A DNA stretch of 64,000 nucleotides from Euglena gracilis (lineage: Eukaryota): NCBI GenBank assembly GCA_039621445.1, contig CP154954.1:23324954-23388953 (forward strand), written 5' to 3'. Below are positions 11,124-24,641 of this stretch, one piece after another. The translations under genes and the position numbers were made by a program. The notes under the pieces were generated by a model that was not told the DNA's origin, did not search any database, and worked only from the letters and a program-made list of their open reading frames with translations. Within the stretch, counting starts at the first letter, position 1. Every line of letters begins with the position of its first letter.

Positions 11124-13597
11124 TCCCCCTCCCAGAGCTACGCCTGATTTCCTTCGTGGACCAGGAATTCCCAGGTCCAGTCAGGATATCTGACGCTTCC
11201 CCGGTGGGGTTCACTGCTACTCCATTCGGTGTCTCTCCTTTCCGCTAAGTGGCATCCTGCCAAATCCCAAAAACGCGCAAAAGGTTAGCCGCGTTTCGCG
11301 GTGACCTATTAGTCGTTTTGGCTTAGGTGGAGTGTGAAAAAGCCCACTGTGGGAAACGGGGCTGGCAGGTTTCCTGACAAAGTGTCCCATCCACCCACTT
11401 TGGGTGTGCCAAAGGAACGCGGGGTTGGTCAAGCGTTTTCGCTGAAAACCTGAGGGGAGAGTTGTGGAAGTTGGGGGGCAGGCTCCTATCCTGGTCATAC
11501 CCGGATAGGGCTCCTAGGCGGTCATATCTGCACTAGAAAACAAAAGCCTACTTACAAAACCGACTGCCGGCGACAGCTTTGCAGGGGTGGGGGGGAAAGT
11601 AGGGGTGAGAGGGGGGCTGGCTTATGCCAGAACGTAATTTTTCCTGTCTGGCAGCCTTAAGCGGCCTTATTGGCCGAAAAGTGACAAGTTGGCCTATTAT
11701 TACGGCGTGTGCGCTGTGTGCTGTGGGTCTCTTAGCGGCTTTCCAGGTTTCCCGGCTGCCAAGGTCTTCACAGCAGTAGCTCCTTCACGACGCAATAAGA
11801 GGCGCTTACCTCTTGCAGACGGTTTCCGTCCGCATGGCCATTGGTAGAGGTTGTGGCGGGGGGGGGGGGGGGGCTCTTGGATGCATCCATCCAGAGCGCA
11901 GAGTGTGTGACACAGACCCAGGTTCATCCCAGGACTGTTTAGCGATTTCCGCTACCAGTGTATAGTGTATGAGTCTCCTGCAGTGTCCAGGCTCCATGAA
12001 GGCGCTTACCTTACATGCTTTCCAACCGCCAATAATCATGGCGGGAGTCCAGGGGATCTTCCACCAGGACCATCTGGAATTGTGGTGGTGGTGGCCTGTC
12101 CACAAGGCAGGTTTCTGGCAATTCGTAGTCAAAGTCAGGTGCCATCCAGTCCCGAACCCATCCTTCGGGGACTGTGTGCTTGGTTGCACTCGCTCTTTCC
12201 GCGAGGAACCATTGCAGCTTCGCTCAGAATTTCCTGGGTAGAGTGGCTGGCCAGATGAAGTGATTCATCCGTGGTGATTAGCTGACACCTGCGGGCCATT
12301 CCCTGTGCGGAAGTCAATTGGCATGTGATACGCACGTTACGAGCGGACTGTATGGGTTCGTAATACGGCCCCAAGCCAGTCGTTCCAGGTTATCCCGTGG
12401 TTTTTGGGTGGCCATTGTGGCAGGCACCAGCGACCGTTTCGGTCCTGGTTTGTGAACAGGCGGAAAAATATCTTTTCCCTGTCCGCTGTCTCCCAGAGGT
12501 AAGGTAATCTTACCCCTGCTTCCTTAGCGGCGAGACGTATAGCCCCACTGTCGATCTGTCACCCACGGGCCATTCCCGTGTGGCGGTAGTCGTCAAGCTT
12601 GAGGTTGGGGTACTTGAAAAAGTCCTTGTACTTTTTGTGCAAGGTGGAGTACTCATCCAGTGGCTTCTGGGCACTTGGCACGATTGTGCGAACTGCGCCT
12701 TCCGCAGTTTGCCAGAAGGTACCTCGAAGGAAGTTGACGCAGAGTCGTGGTACATTTGTGCCATCTCGCTTGGTGTAGCTAAAACTGTGCTTGTGGGTCC
12801 AACTGTCCACGCACTTGGCGCATACCAAGGCGGCACAGTTGGTGATGTATACATCCTTGTGGAACGATTTCCGCTCCACAGGGTTGCACACACGGCCGAG
12901 GGGTAATCACAACTCAGGTGCACTGTTATACATCTTGTGGCATACGGTGTAAAGCCACACAAAACGGTTTTCTGTCGTTTTGTCGATGAGGAATTCCTCA
13001 CCGAAGTATTGGGCAAAAACACGGGGGGATCTGGAATTGTAGTAATTCCAGGTCACGTTCTGATCAAAGGACCACTTTCGGCCCTGACAGAACAGTGGCT
13101 CAATCCACCGGTTGAAACAATGGTTTGTCCTCAGTTTGTGGTCGATCATCATGTACCTGTTTTTCAGGTAATGAATCTCAGGATCATCCTGACTGACCGC
13201 GTTCCAGTCGATAATGACTTCGTCTTCCGAAGGTGTCTCAGCTGTTGAGGCGCGGGATTTTCCCTGCCCCTTTGGCGAAGGTTTCGGCTGTGAGGTTTTC
13301 CCATAGCCGGATGATGTGACGTGCGTGAATCCTTGTCCCGAGGTTGATCCCCGAGAAGAGGATGCAGCACTCTGGCCGCCAGCAACACCACCGCCTTTCG
13401 GTGGGGGCTGATCACCAGATTTCGGTGTGGGCTTGCAAGGGGCGGCGCCCGCCTTTGTTTTTGCCGGGGATTTCGGACTTCCGGTTTCCGGAGTATCTGA
13501 GGGCCGCCGTTCGGCGTCGCGCTTGATCGCCCAGGTGCGTGGTGACGCTTGGGACGGGGGTCCTCTCCCCGACGCCGAGCGTCGTTGACCTTCAGCA
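11124..13597 (-). pseudogene. 3' accessory region of copy D (frameshifted C-terminal part of the accessory ORF)
   Basis: ~11625-13597 is a diverged homolog of ~13606-15595 (ORF 12907-13710 vs 14902-16095). Confidence 0.8.
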
Positions 13598-13699
13598 GAG
13601 CTTAGGCCAGAACATAATTTTTGCTGTCTGGCAGCCATAAGCGGCCTTAGGGCCGAAAAGTGACAAGTTGGCCTATTATTACGGCGTGCGCGCTGTGTG

Positions 13700-16600
13700 C
13701 TGTGCGTCACTTAGCGGCTTGCCAGGTTTCCCGGCTGCCAATGTCTTCACAGCAGTAGCTCCTTCACGACGCAATCAGAGGCGATTACCTCTTGCAGACG
13801 GTTTCCGTCCGCATGGCCTTGGGAAGGGGGGTGGCTTGGGGCGGGGGGGGGGGGGCTCTTGGATGCTTCCATCCAGAGCGTGGTACACAGACCCAGGTTC
13901 ATCCCAGGGCTGTTTAGCGATTTCCGCTACCAGTGTATATATATATATATATATATACAGTATATGGATGTCCAGACTCCATGAAGGCACTTTCCTTGTA
14001 TGAGCCTGGTTATGCCGTTTCGGCATTACATCCGTCCCAGACGCCAATAATCATGGCGGGAGGCCAAGGGATCTTCCACAAGGACCATCTGGAACTGTAG
14101 TGGTGGTGGCCTATCTACGAGCCAGGTTTCTGGCGATTCGCATTCGAAGTCAGGTACCACCCTGTCCCGAACTCATCCTTCGGGGACTGTGTGTTTGGTT
14201 GCAGAACCTTTGCAGCTTCTCCCATAATTTCCTGGGCAGAGTGGCTGGCCAGATGAAGTGATTCATCCGTGGGTACTTGGCTGACACCTGCGGGGCATTC
14301 CCCGGGTGGAAGTCAATTGGCATGTGATACGCACATTCGGCGCGGACTGTATGGGGTCGTAATACGGCCCCACAGCCAGTCTTTGCAGGTCATCCCGTGG
14401 TCTTCGGGTGGCCATTGTGGCAGGCACCAGCGACCGTTTCGGTCCTGGGTTGTGAACAGGAGGAAAAAATCTTTTCCCTATCCGCTGTCTCCCAGAGCTA
14501 AGGTAATCTTACCCCTGCCTCCTCCGCAGCGAGGCGTATAGCACCACTGTCGATCAGCCACACACGGGCCATTCCTGTGTGGCGGTAGTCGTCAAGCTTG
14601 AGGTTGGAGTACTTGAAAAAATCCTTGTAATTTTTGTGCAAGGTGGATTTTTCCTCCAGTGGCTTCTGGTCACTTGGCACGATTGTGCGAACTGCGCCTT
14701 CCGCAGTTTGCCAGAAGGTACCTCGAAGGCAATTGACGCAGAGTATCTGTACATTCATACCGTCTCACTCGGTGTAGCTAAAATAGTGTTTGTGGGTCCA
14801 ACTGTCCACGCACTTGGCGCATACCAAGGCGGCACAGTTGGGGATGTATACATCCTATGGAACGATTTCCGATCCACAGGGTTGCACACATGCACGAGGG
14901 GTCATCCCAGGTCAGGTGCACTGTTATACATCTTGTGGCATACAGTGCAAAGCCACACAAAACGGTTTTCCGTTGTTTTGTCGATGAGGAGTTCCTCACC
15001 GAAGTATTGGGCCAAAACACGGGGGGATCTGGAATTGTAATAATTCCAGGTCACGTTCTGATCAAAGGACCATTTTCGGCCCTGACAGAACAGTGGCTCA
15101 ATCCACCGGTTGAGGCATTGCTGTGTTCTCAGTTTGTGGTCGATGATCATGTCCCTGTTTTTCAGGTCATGAATCTCAGGATCATCCTGATTGACCGCGT
15201 TCCATTGGATGATAACTTCGTCTTCCGAAGGTGTCTCGGCTGTTGAGGCGCGGGATTTTCCCTGCCCCTTTGACGTAGGTTTCGGCTGTGAGGTTTTCCC
15301 ATAGCCGGATGATGCGACGTGCGTGAATCCTTGTCCCGAGGTTGATCCTCGAGAAGAGGATGCAGCACTCTGGCCGCCAGCACCACCACCGCCTTTCGGT
15401 GGGGGCTGATCACCAGATTTCTGTGCGGGCTTACAAGGTGCGGTGCCGGGCTTTGATTTTGCCGTGGCCTTCGGACTTCCGGTTTCCGGAGCATCCGAGG
15501 GCCGCCGATCGGCGTCGCGCTTGCTTGCCCAGGTGTGTGGTGACGCTTGGGACGGGGGTCTTCTCCCTGACGCCGAGCGTCGTTGGCCTTCAGCAGGGGT
15601 TTCCCGAGCCGAGGGTCGTCCTACGCGTTCCTTCGCGGCTTCCGTGGGTTTCCCAGGGGTAGCCGTGGGGGATGGTGTAGGTGTAGGCTTGGCCTGCGCA
15701 CTTCGCGCTGGTTGCGTCTGTGGTTGGGGCATGGACGTCTGCTCAGCCTGTTTTTCAGGCGCCGGTGTCCGTGTACCCGGGTGATTTGGTGCAGTGGCTG
15801 TGTATGTGCGCTGTGGTGCGGGTTCATCCAGTGCCTCGGCTGGCGCTACCGATGTTGATACAGGTTCATCCCGTACTGGCACGGTTGTTGTTGTCTCCAC
15901 TGCGATTGCTGTCTGTTCGCCGTCCGTCTGTGTCGCTTCCGACACCGGTGGTGGCGCCGCCGCTGGGGGAGGTTCATCCTCCACCATGGCTGTTGTGTCA
16001 TGTGTGTCTTCCGTCGGCTGGGCAGCTTCCGCCGCAGCCGTGTAAGAACTGGCCGCAGTGCCACGTGGAGTGACAACTGAGATCAGTGATCGCAAACCAC
16101 CGAGTACCGTCCGCCCAGCGAGGTGCGCCGTTCAGGTTCTTCACCTGAAGTGGGCTCCTCCGCTGGCTCCGCTGTCGACGGTATTTCCCCGGAAACAGGG
16201 AGCTTGAGGCGTAATACCTCAGGCGTGTGGGGTACCGTCTCTGGCGGGTTTTCCCGCGGAGGTGTCGGCACACCTGTCGTACTCAGTGAGTTGGGTGAGG
16301 TTTGGACAGGTGTCATTTCACCTGCCGGTGATCCTGGGCGCTGGGCCGTTTCTGCCACAGTGTCCAGCATCACGACAGATGGGCTACGGGTTTCCCGTTC
16401 CGGGGGTTCCGCTGGCTGAGGTTCATCTTCGGCCATGGGGACCTCATCTTCCTCCTCCTCCGCTTCCGGACGGGAGTCCTCTGTGTGGAGTTGTGCTGCA
16501 GTACGCGGGTCTTTTCCGCTTCTGTAGCACCCTTGTGCATCTGACAGGCGGTAAAAGCTTATACTTTCACTCCTATCAGAGTTGGGGTATGGGGGCGGCC

Positions 16601-19411
16601 ACGACGCTCTCACCCAGCTTCCGGGTGGAGGTTGCGGCTCGTCCTCGTTGATCAGGCAGAGGTCTTCCCACTGCGATCGAAGGTTCCATCCCATACTCTG
16701 CTCTCCTGTGTCTTCCAAGAAAGCGGGCAATGGGACCGCATACCGAGTGTGGCTTACCTCGCGTGCTGCGAAGAAAGGTTCGAACTCCTTCCAGTCGAGG
16801 GTATCCCCGAACTGGGTGTCCAGGTGATCCCGCAGGCCGATTTCTGCCTGCTCCCATTCCGGCCGCAGGTTCATCCTGCGTCGGTCTGGGTCATGAGGTC
16901 TGGCGTCCACCTCGGTGTATCCCCGAGGTAACCACTTCCTGTGGATATCCACATCAGTGGTTATCTGTTCCAGGAAATAAATGTAGACTTCCAGGACGTA
17001 GGTAATCCACGCCCTGTGCCAGTACTGTTGTAGCAGAAATATTTTCTGCCGGTGCTGTTTCAGCACCTTTCGATCTTGTGTCCCGATCTGGGGATTCCGG
17101 CACTGATGCAGGATGAATCTCCTGGTCGGCTGACTGCCGGCACTTTCGGCAGTCGGAGGCGGTTTTCCGCGTTCTCCGAAACACCAGAAGTCAGCAATAT
17201 GAAATTCCTTGTAAAGCTGGCATTCCAGTTTGTACCGCTGGGGGTACGCGAGGTCGACGTCCAGCACCTTGAACAGCGTGCCATACATGCTGTCCAAGTA
17301 TACTTGGAGGTTGCGCGTGCACATTACCGCAGCCTGCGCCTGGAGTTTCTCCAGCAGGGGGTAATATTTCCACTGGATTCCCAGTGCTCCGACGGAATAC
17401 ATGTGGTTGAAGATTTCCTTCAACTGTGCTACGAACGTTTCGTCGTCAGGAAATGCTCCCAAACAGTCGGCATACGTATGACCGTTTCGTCGGTAAAGAT
17501 GCCGAAGTCAGCTCCCAGAAACCGGACATCCGGTCCAGGACAATTTCATCCGAATGAGGATATCCCTCAAACACATAAAGTTCGGAACTGTAAAAAAAAC
17601 GTTTGCAGTGATCGTACATACGATTCTGCACCACTTCGAGCACCGCATCCGGTGGTCGGTGGATCACGTTGCTTGCGTGTGTAAACTGCCGGAGATCTTC
17701 GTCGATTTTCGGCCAGATCTCCTGCAGGTAGGTGAATACTACAGTAACGTCATCGTCCTTCTTTTTCGAAGGTTCGGCGGCTTTTCCGCCCTTGCCTGCT
17801 GGGGGTCCGGCAGATTTTCCGCCTTTGCCTGGAGTTGGCCAAGCGGCTTTTCCGCCTTTGCCAGGTGGGGCTTTCCCACCTTTCTCCTGGCCTTTTCCTT
17901 TCCCCTTACCCTTGCCTTTACCCTTCCCCTTACCTTTTGTGTTCGACAGCCATTCGAACGTTGCCCAGTAACCCCAGTATTCTGGGTCTTCTGGTGTAAA
18001 CACAGGGTAATTCACGGATTCCGTGCTTGGCGTTCGAGCAAATTCTTGCTCAGCGTCACCACGATTCGAGTAAACCGGTGCGACTGGGGACGGTCGGGTT
18101 TCCCGACGTGCTCGTTCTGCCGTCACGTCTGGCGCTGGCGGAGCTTCCTCCTCAGCGTCGACGTGCATCGCCGCGGGCGGATTTTCCGACCTCGCCGAGC
18201 GGCGCTGTGGCTGCGGCGTCAGATTTTCCGGGCCGCGGTCACGCTTGCCGGCGGCAGAGCTGGTGGGTCGTGCTGATGGCGCTTCCGCCACAGCAACGTC
18301 CTGCTGTCGCGCTGGTTGACTTGATCGTGATGGAGCTGGGACTCCTGTGAGAGCCGACACAGCAGCGTCATACTGCTGGCGCTCTTCCCGTGTCATTTCC
18401 GCCCGGGCAGGGTATCCCTGGCCAGCGGAAACAAGGGGACGACGTGCTATTTGTCGTTGGATTGTCAAAGCATATTCATACTGTTGACGCTCCTCCTCAG
18501 TCTCGAACGGCCGGCCAGTCCACGGGTTAACGGGTTCATCCCGTGCCGGGGGAACTGGTGCCGCACGAGGCGCTGCCGCGGCTTCCCGCGGACGAGCGCT
18601 TCGGGCAGAGTCAGACGTCAGAGGAGGGTTTCCCTCCACAGGACGTCGCGGGATAGGGTCAGGTATGGTTGGGTGGGGTTGAGGTGGATGCACGTACTGA
18701 TCCCGTGGCATTGGCGCCTCCTGGTGGTAATCCCCAGAGAGGGTGTACTGAGACACAGGCTCCTGCACAGGATGATCCCGCCGGGGCATGCGCTCAGGGG
18801 ATCGAAAAATACTTTCTTTCACACGTGGGTGTCCACTCCGGACAGGTGCTTCCATTGTCTCTTCCTCGGGTAATCCGGGGGAGTGAGCACAAAAATGTGC
18901 AGTGTAAGTGCCAACTGGTGGTACCTGCCGTGCGACCTGTGGCGGGACTTCCACAGGTCACACATGGTAATGTCCGCCGCGAATCCTGAGCGTCCGGGTC
19001 GGTGTAATACACCAGACCTGTCATCGTCACCTGGGTGCACATACACCACCGGGCCGGAGGGGTATTCGCGATGGTCAAAATTTTACGCCAGTGGTCATCC
19101 CACAATGCCTGGGTGAGTTGGTCTGGTGCCGGGTTTGCGCTCATACGCATAACCCGGCTCATCGTCTCCGCCGTGCGGTGGATCATCACACCCGCATACG
19201 GTGGGAGGCGACGAGAGCCTGATGGCTGAGATGGCCGCGCTTCCGCGGACATCTGGGTCATCCTGCTACTGCTGCTGGCTTCAGGGTTTCCCTGAGCTGC
19301 AGTCCGTGCAGGTGGCTGTGTACCGTATCGGTACGCATACTGGTCAGGTTTAGGGTGAGTGGTGGGGTGGTAAGGCGGTCCTCCGCCTGGCTGCCTTCCA
19401 CCGGGCAACAT
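13700..19411 (-). pseudogene. Long sense-strand accessory ORF downstream of pol, split into pieces 18794-19411, 17446-18954, 16083-17462, 14902-16095 and 14498-14758; function unknown
   Basis: Consecutive abutting ORFs in shifting frames; Pro/Ala-rich linkers, a GKGKGK tract, an aromatic-rich globular core and a Cys-rich C-terminus; homologous pieces in copy D. The 3' end is approximate. Confidence 0.65.
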
Positions 19412-19584
19412 GATACCGCCCGGTGTCGGTACGGTGGGATGGTTGTGTGGTCGGTTGTGTTGGTAATGGTAACCGCTTGAGTATGATTTGCTAAAAAGTC
19501 TGCGGAAGGAAAGAATGATAACAATCAATGATAAAAGGAAGAGAAAACAACATGGGTTTCCCATGCGTTCTCAAAAACGTGTCA

Positions 19585-21015
19585 TGGAAACATCAATGTT
19601 ATGCTTCTTGTTCCACAGCTTCCAATATTGCTAGATATACCCAACAAAACTGGTTGCTGGCTCCCAAGTGTCCTCCTCGGGCCCATACCCTTTCCAGCGG
19701 ACCTTCCAAAGGTGCATACCTTTGTCGATTTTGTGATCGATGATTTTATCGACTACAAAGTCGTCCGTCTCAGGTAATCTGGAACGGGGTTTGAAGTGCG
19801 AACACGGGATGGGTTTCCCATCCGGTGGCTACAGGTATGGTTTGAAGTCGTCCATATGAACGTCCTCAACACCATTCGGTAATGCAACCTTGTAACGCCC
19901 GCTGGTACCTAGTCTTTCCAGGATTTCACAGGGGCCGAGACAGAGGGGGTCCAGCTTGGAACACTGCATGCGAGTGCGGCTATTCCGCACCCACACGCGG
20001 TCACCGGGACTAAACACAGGTGACTTGAAATTCTGCAAAAAAGATTTCCGTTTGGTTGCATGAATATCAGTCACGCGCTTCTTGACTGCAGAACGTAGAT
20101 TTTCTACTTCCGCAAACCAGGTCTCGCAACTGACACTCGTTCGGGCGGGTCTCTCCGAAGGGACATCCCCTATTGCCGGAGGGTCCCGTACGAAAATTAA
20201 TTTATAGGGGGAGTAAGGCAAAACCAACCCTGGTAGGGTATTGATATAAAACAAAGACCATGGTAGAACTGATATCCAGTTGCTGCGCGAGTCAGCCAGT
20301 GAAAGGCGAAGCATATTCACGACGGATTTCACGGCTGCCTCGGCTCTACCATTGCCTTTGGGTCAGTATACAATGGAAAAATGTTGCTCGATTCCGAGTA
20401 AACCGCGCAAAGTGGTGAAAAAACTTGAAGAAATCAAATGGTCTTGATCACTCACGATTTCATTCCGTAAACCCATTAAGCAAATAGATTTCTCCAAAAA
20501 TATAGTTGCCAAACTTTGGGCAGTCAACCCTAACTTATAACATGGAATGGCTACAATGTACCCACTCAGCCTGCAGACGACAACAAAAAAAGTAATCGTA
20601 AATTTTGTCGTCCGTTCCTTTGCACGGTTCTAATTCCAGAAAATCCATGCAGAGGGATGTAAAAATGTCAGGGGGTACGGGACAAAAGTCCATCGTACCA
20701 GGGGGGGTACCTCTGCGCGGTTTTACCGCTTGACAAATTTGACACCGTTGCGCTATTCGCAAACAGCGTGAGTAAAGCTCTTTCTCGCTCAGGGTTGTGC
20801 AATACCTGCGGCCCACCAATGAAAGAAGTTTGGGGGCCCCAGGGTGACCGTGGTTGTGATAGCACAAAATCACATCATCAACCAGGTCCTGGGGGATACA
20901 ATATTTGTAACCCGATTCATTGCGAAAAACCAACCGTAAAGGTGAAAGAGTGTAATTGTCCAGCACTTCGCCATTACGAAGTCTGGTGACAATGGTGTCA
21001 TATACCGGGTCACGA
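19585..21015 (-). pseudogene. Integrase (HHCC Zn finger, DDE core) with C-terminal chromodomain, copy A
   Basis: HNHGHPG...CQICQAVK; own translation of ~19780-19585 gives DDFVVDKIIDHKIDKGMHLWKVRWKGYGPEEDTWEPATSF. Confidence 0.9.
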
Positions 21016-22700
21016 CTATAATCCCATTCGCGAAAGAACAGTTGGGAAGGGGACTCCGTGCGTGTAATACGCCGGGGTCCGGACGTGCTTCCACGTCGGC
21101 GCCTTCCGCGCACTGGAGCGACCAGGAATAGTTGTGAAACCGGGAAAAGAATCCAAAAGATTGTCCGCAGCGTCGTTTCGACGTGCGTATTCGTCAGCTT
21201 CCTGACTTCCATGAAAAGTCGCGTCTCCCTCGTCCGGGTTCCCAGGGTAATACCAAGGGGCCCGACTCAGCGGATCCGCTACTGTTTGTGTGTGACCAGG
21301 GGTATAAATAACCACAAGGTTGAATTGACTCAAGCACTCATGCCATCTGCATCGCCTTCCGACCGATGACATGGCCTTGTTCAAATCCTCGGTGTACCAG
21401 TGTTGCATACTCTCATGGTCGGTCTTGACGAGGATCTGGACGAGGCTGCTGGCTACCCAGCTCCGATATTTCTGGAGTATAAGCACGATTGCGTAGGTTT
21501 CCTTCTCGCGTATACTCCACTTGACTTGTCCTTTTCCGTCGTCGCCCTGTAACTTTCTGCTGAAGAAAGCCACAGGTCGGAGCTTATTCGCCGCGTTATG
21601 CTGGCTAAGAACTCCGCCAACAGCGTAATCGCTGCTGTCAGGACATATGGTTTGTACCGGTCCGCGATTTCGAGGACAACATTCTCCAAAAGCAAAACCT
21701 TGATTTTCTCAAGGGCCTCGCGCATTTGGTCATCCCAAATGACTTTGGTGTTGTCAACAGCCCGGTTTTTGAGCTGTTTGGTGAGGGGCACCGCGATTTT
21801 CGCGAATTCCTTCATATAAATCGCGTAATATTGGGCTAATCCCAAAATCCTTTGAGGTGTGTAATAGTTTTGATTACCTCAGGGGTCCATTTCTTAATGG
21901 CTTCGAGTTTACTCGGAGCGGATTTCCGCTGTCCATTGCTGAGGATGCGACCGCAAAATTTTATAAGTATCCGAAACAAATGCATTTTCGCGCCTTTCAC
22001 GTAAAGCACATGTTTTTGAAAAGTGTCTAATACCGCGTAAACATGGTGGACGTGTGTGACGAGGATATCCTCGCTCGATTATGTGGTTGGTGGTGGTGTC
22101 CCCACCAGCACATCATCAATGTGCACAATGGCAAACGGTACATCGCGTAAAACCCATTGTATCATGCGTTGAGACATGGCAGGACCATTCTTAACACCCA
22201 TGGGGAGTACCGTCCATTGGTACACACCCTTGGATGTCACGAATGCCGTGTATGGTTGTGAGTCAGGGTGCAAGTGCATTTGGTGAAAACCGTCCTCCAG
22301 ATCGAAAATTGACCACAACCGGTTTTCCGATTGTGTGGTGATCAAGTTCTCGATCAGGGGGAGCGGGAAGGGATCATCCCTTTTTTGGGAGTTCAGGTAC
22401 CGGTAATCCAGCACCAGTCTCCACTTCTTCTGACCTGAGGGATCTGGGGGTTTAGGAACAACGAATGCCTGGGATGTCCACTCGCTTTTCGAGGGTACGA
22501 TCGACTTGCGCTGAATAAGCTTCTCAATCATTTCATTGAGAGCTTGTTCGCGTTCTCCCGAACAACGAGCAAATTTCCGGTGCATTGGTTTAGCTCCTTC
22601 CTTAAGGTCGATCTTGCAAACACCGAAAGGACCGCGTATCGCGGGGTCGATGTCGCACGCGTATACTGCATTTTCCAGCACACCGTGAAATTCGCGGTTG
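21016..22700 (-). pseudogene. Reverse transcriptase and RNase H, copy A (frameshifted)
   Basis: AFVVPK..KWRLVLDYRYLN, DLEDGFHQ, LPMGVKNGPA, VHIDDVLV; RNase H AFFSRKL..EKETYAIV..VKTDHES..ADPLSR. Confidence 0.93.
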
Positions 22701-22822
22701 ATCCGCGAACAGAATTCGGCTGACTTAGGACGCTGACCTGCACCCTCGATGACTGCGGAAACCACCAGGGTATCCCTGGGGCTACCGAGCTTCCTCGGCA
22801 CCGCGAATTCGGACATTCCGAA

Positions 22823-23222
22823 TGCATCGCAGAAACATACGCGGAAAATGATTTTTTGCAAGGGTGGTAATATTTTACCACAAAAATCCTCAAAAATCGG
22901 TACATTAGTGGGTAAATCCCACCAATGAAAACACACATACCATAGTTGGGTGAACCATTCCGCTTCCGGAATGATGGGTATGAGAATAACTGCACGGGCT
23001 TCATCCCGCAGAATTTTCTCAACCGCACATTCGATAAGTTTTGGGGGAGGGTGCATCCATATCACCGTATCACCCCAAAATTTATCAAATGCGTTGGAGT
23101 GTTGTGACCAATGACGTGGCAAACGGACATGTGCATTGGATGAAAAGGCATCGATTTACAATGCCAAATAAAAAGAATCAGCCAATGTCGCGATTTTGGA
23201 AAACCATCGTTCCAAAATGCGA
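22823..23222 (-). pseudogene. Dam-like (N6-adenine/N4-cytosine class) DNA methyltransferase domain inside pol of copy A
   Basis: IDAFSSNAHVRLPRHWSQHSNAFDKFWGDTVIWMHPPPKLIECAVEKILRDEARAVILIPIIPEAEWF fits the DIRS-MT/phage Dam pattern; in frame with RT; in-frame TAA at 23156-23158. Confidence 0.7.
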
Positions 23223-23689
23223 CATTGACCAAAATTGAAAGCATTCCATACGCGTTTCGCGTATTCATGCACCCGATTGGCGGGTAGGAGTGACGAAACA
23301 CAATGAAGGGATCCACAAACATGCGGACTGTCTTCCACAACCGCAAAGGTTAAACCCAAGGGAGTTTGGACAGGCTGGGGTTTCCCCATTCCGCGTCAAA
23401 TTCATACCAAGTGTACTCGGGATGGTGATTAGGCATAACGCTTTTCGCGTTTCGGAACAACGAGGTTAATCCGCGTGGTTGGAGTACTCGGTGTATCTCC
23501 GCGCATTGCGGGCTACAACCAAGTGTATCATGGCGTGTGGATTCCGTATTCGGAAATGCGATTAGTGTCGGATTTTCAACTAAACATCCACAATCGAAAT
23601 CCGATTGGGTGGAAATTCTCCTGCAGTGCACACATTGGAAGGAAGTGTGATGGTGTGACGGGTGTGCGTGTAAGTGGGTGTCGGTGGCA

Positions 23690-24448
23690 TTAGCCGGTGA
23701 GTCTTGTACAGGTGTGCCTGGATTCGGCACAACTGGTGGGAAACGGAGTGGTGGTGTAGCTGGCGACTACTCGACACCGTACATACTGCAGGCCTTTGGG
23801 CTTTCGTCTTGTAACCCAGTGTAACGGCGGGGGTACCGCTACTCGCTTGCCCTGCCTCATGTGCAACGCATGTTGGTGTGTCATTGGGCAGGGGGAGGCT
23901 TTCTCCGTACCCCGGGTGTGGAAAACGGTTGTTGGTGTGGTGGATAACGGTGTTGCCATTGTGGGTAACGGTGTTGGAGAAGTGGTGGTCATCATGGCGG
24001 ATGCCAACGGTGATGGTGGTTTGGGTGTCAATGAAGTGGTGGGTGCTGTGCGCAAACCGTGGGAGTGGCAATACACAACCAATCGGTACTGGCGTAAAAA
24101 TGGGTATCCCAAAATTACGTCAGACCCGTGAATTCCGGACTCGTAATCCCAAATATTGGTGAAATGTTGTAATTGTGGGGGTTGTGAGTAATGCTTCGGA
24201 ATGATGGGCAAGAGTATCTGGAGCACACATCCCAAATCACCACCACACATGGGGGTGTTATCCGCGGTTGTAATTTTGATCGGTTTCTTGGCGCTTACCA
24301 AGAGCAGGGTCGGTATCAACCCCAGCCGAAAGAGCAGTGCAATGCGACAAACAGTGTCAATTAAAATTTTGAATGCGGATTTCCGCTTGGACAAGTAATT
24401 CCATTGGTGGTACGCAAAGTGAAGGGTCTGGCGGAAATACGTTTGCAT
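23690..24448 (-). pseudogene. Aspartic protease region of copy A (degenerate)
   Basis: KILIDTV (DTG variant), ITTADNTPM, DVILGYPFLRQY. Confidence 0.75.
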
Positions 24449-24641
24449 GCCAGCTTTCCCATGAACCCTTTCCTACTTTGCTCAGCATTCCGAGCGTAAA
24501 TGTGGAGTGGGGGGTAGGGGACCCGAAATAATTCCAGGTACTGACCGTGAAGGCGGATGGGCAGGGGGGGTAAGGTTGATCAGGTCTTACCTCCATCTGT
24601 TCATCAGCCCAGAGGTCCGTGCCCTCGGACCTCGGGCCCCC

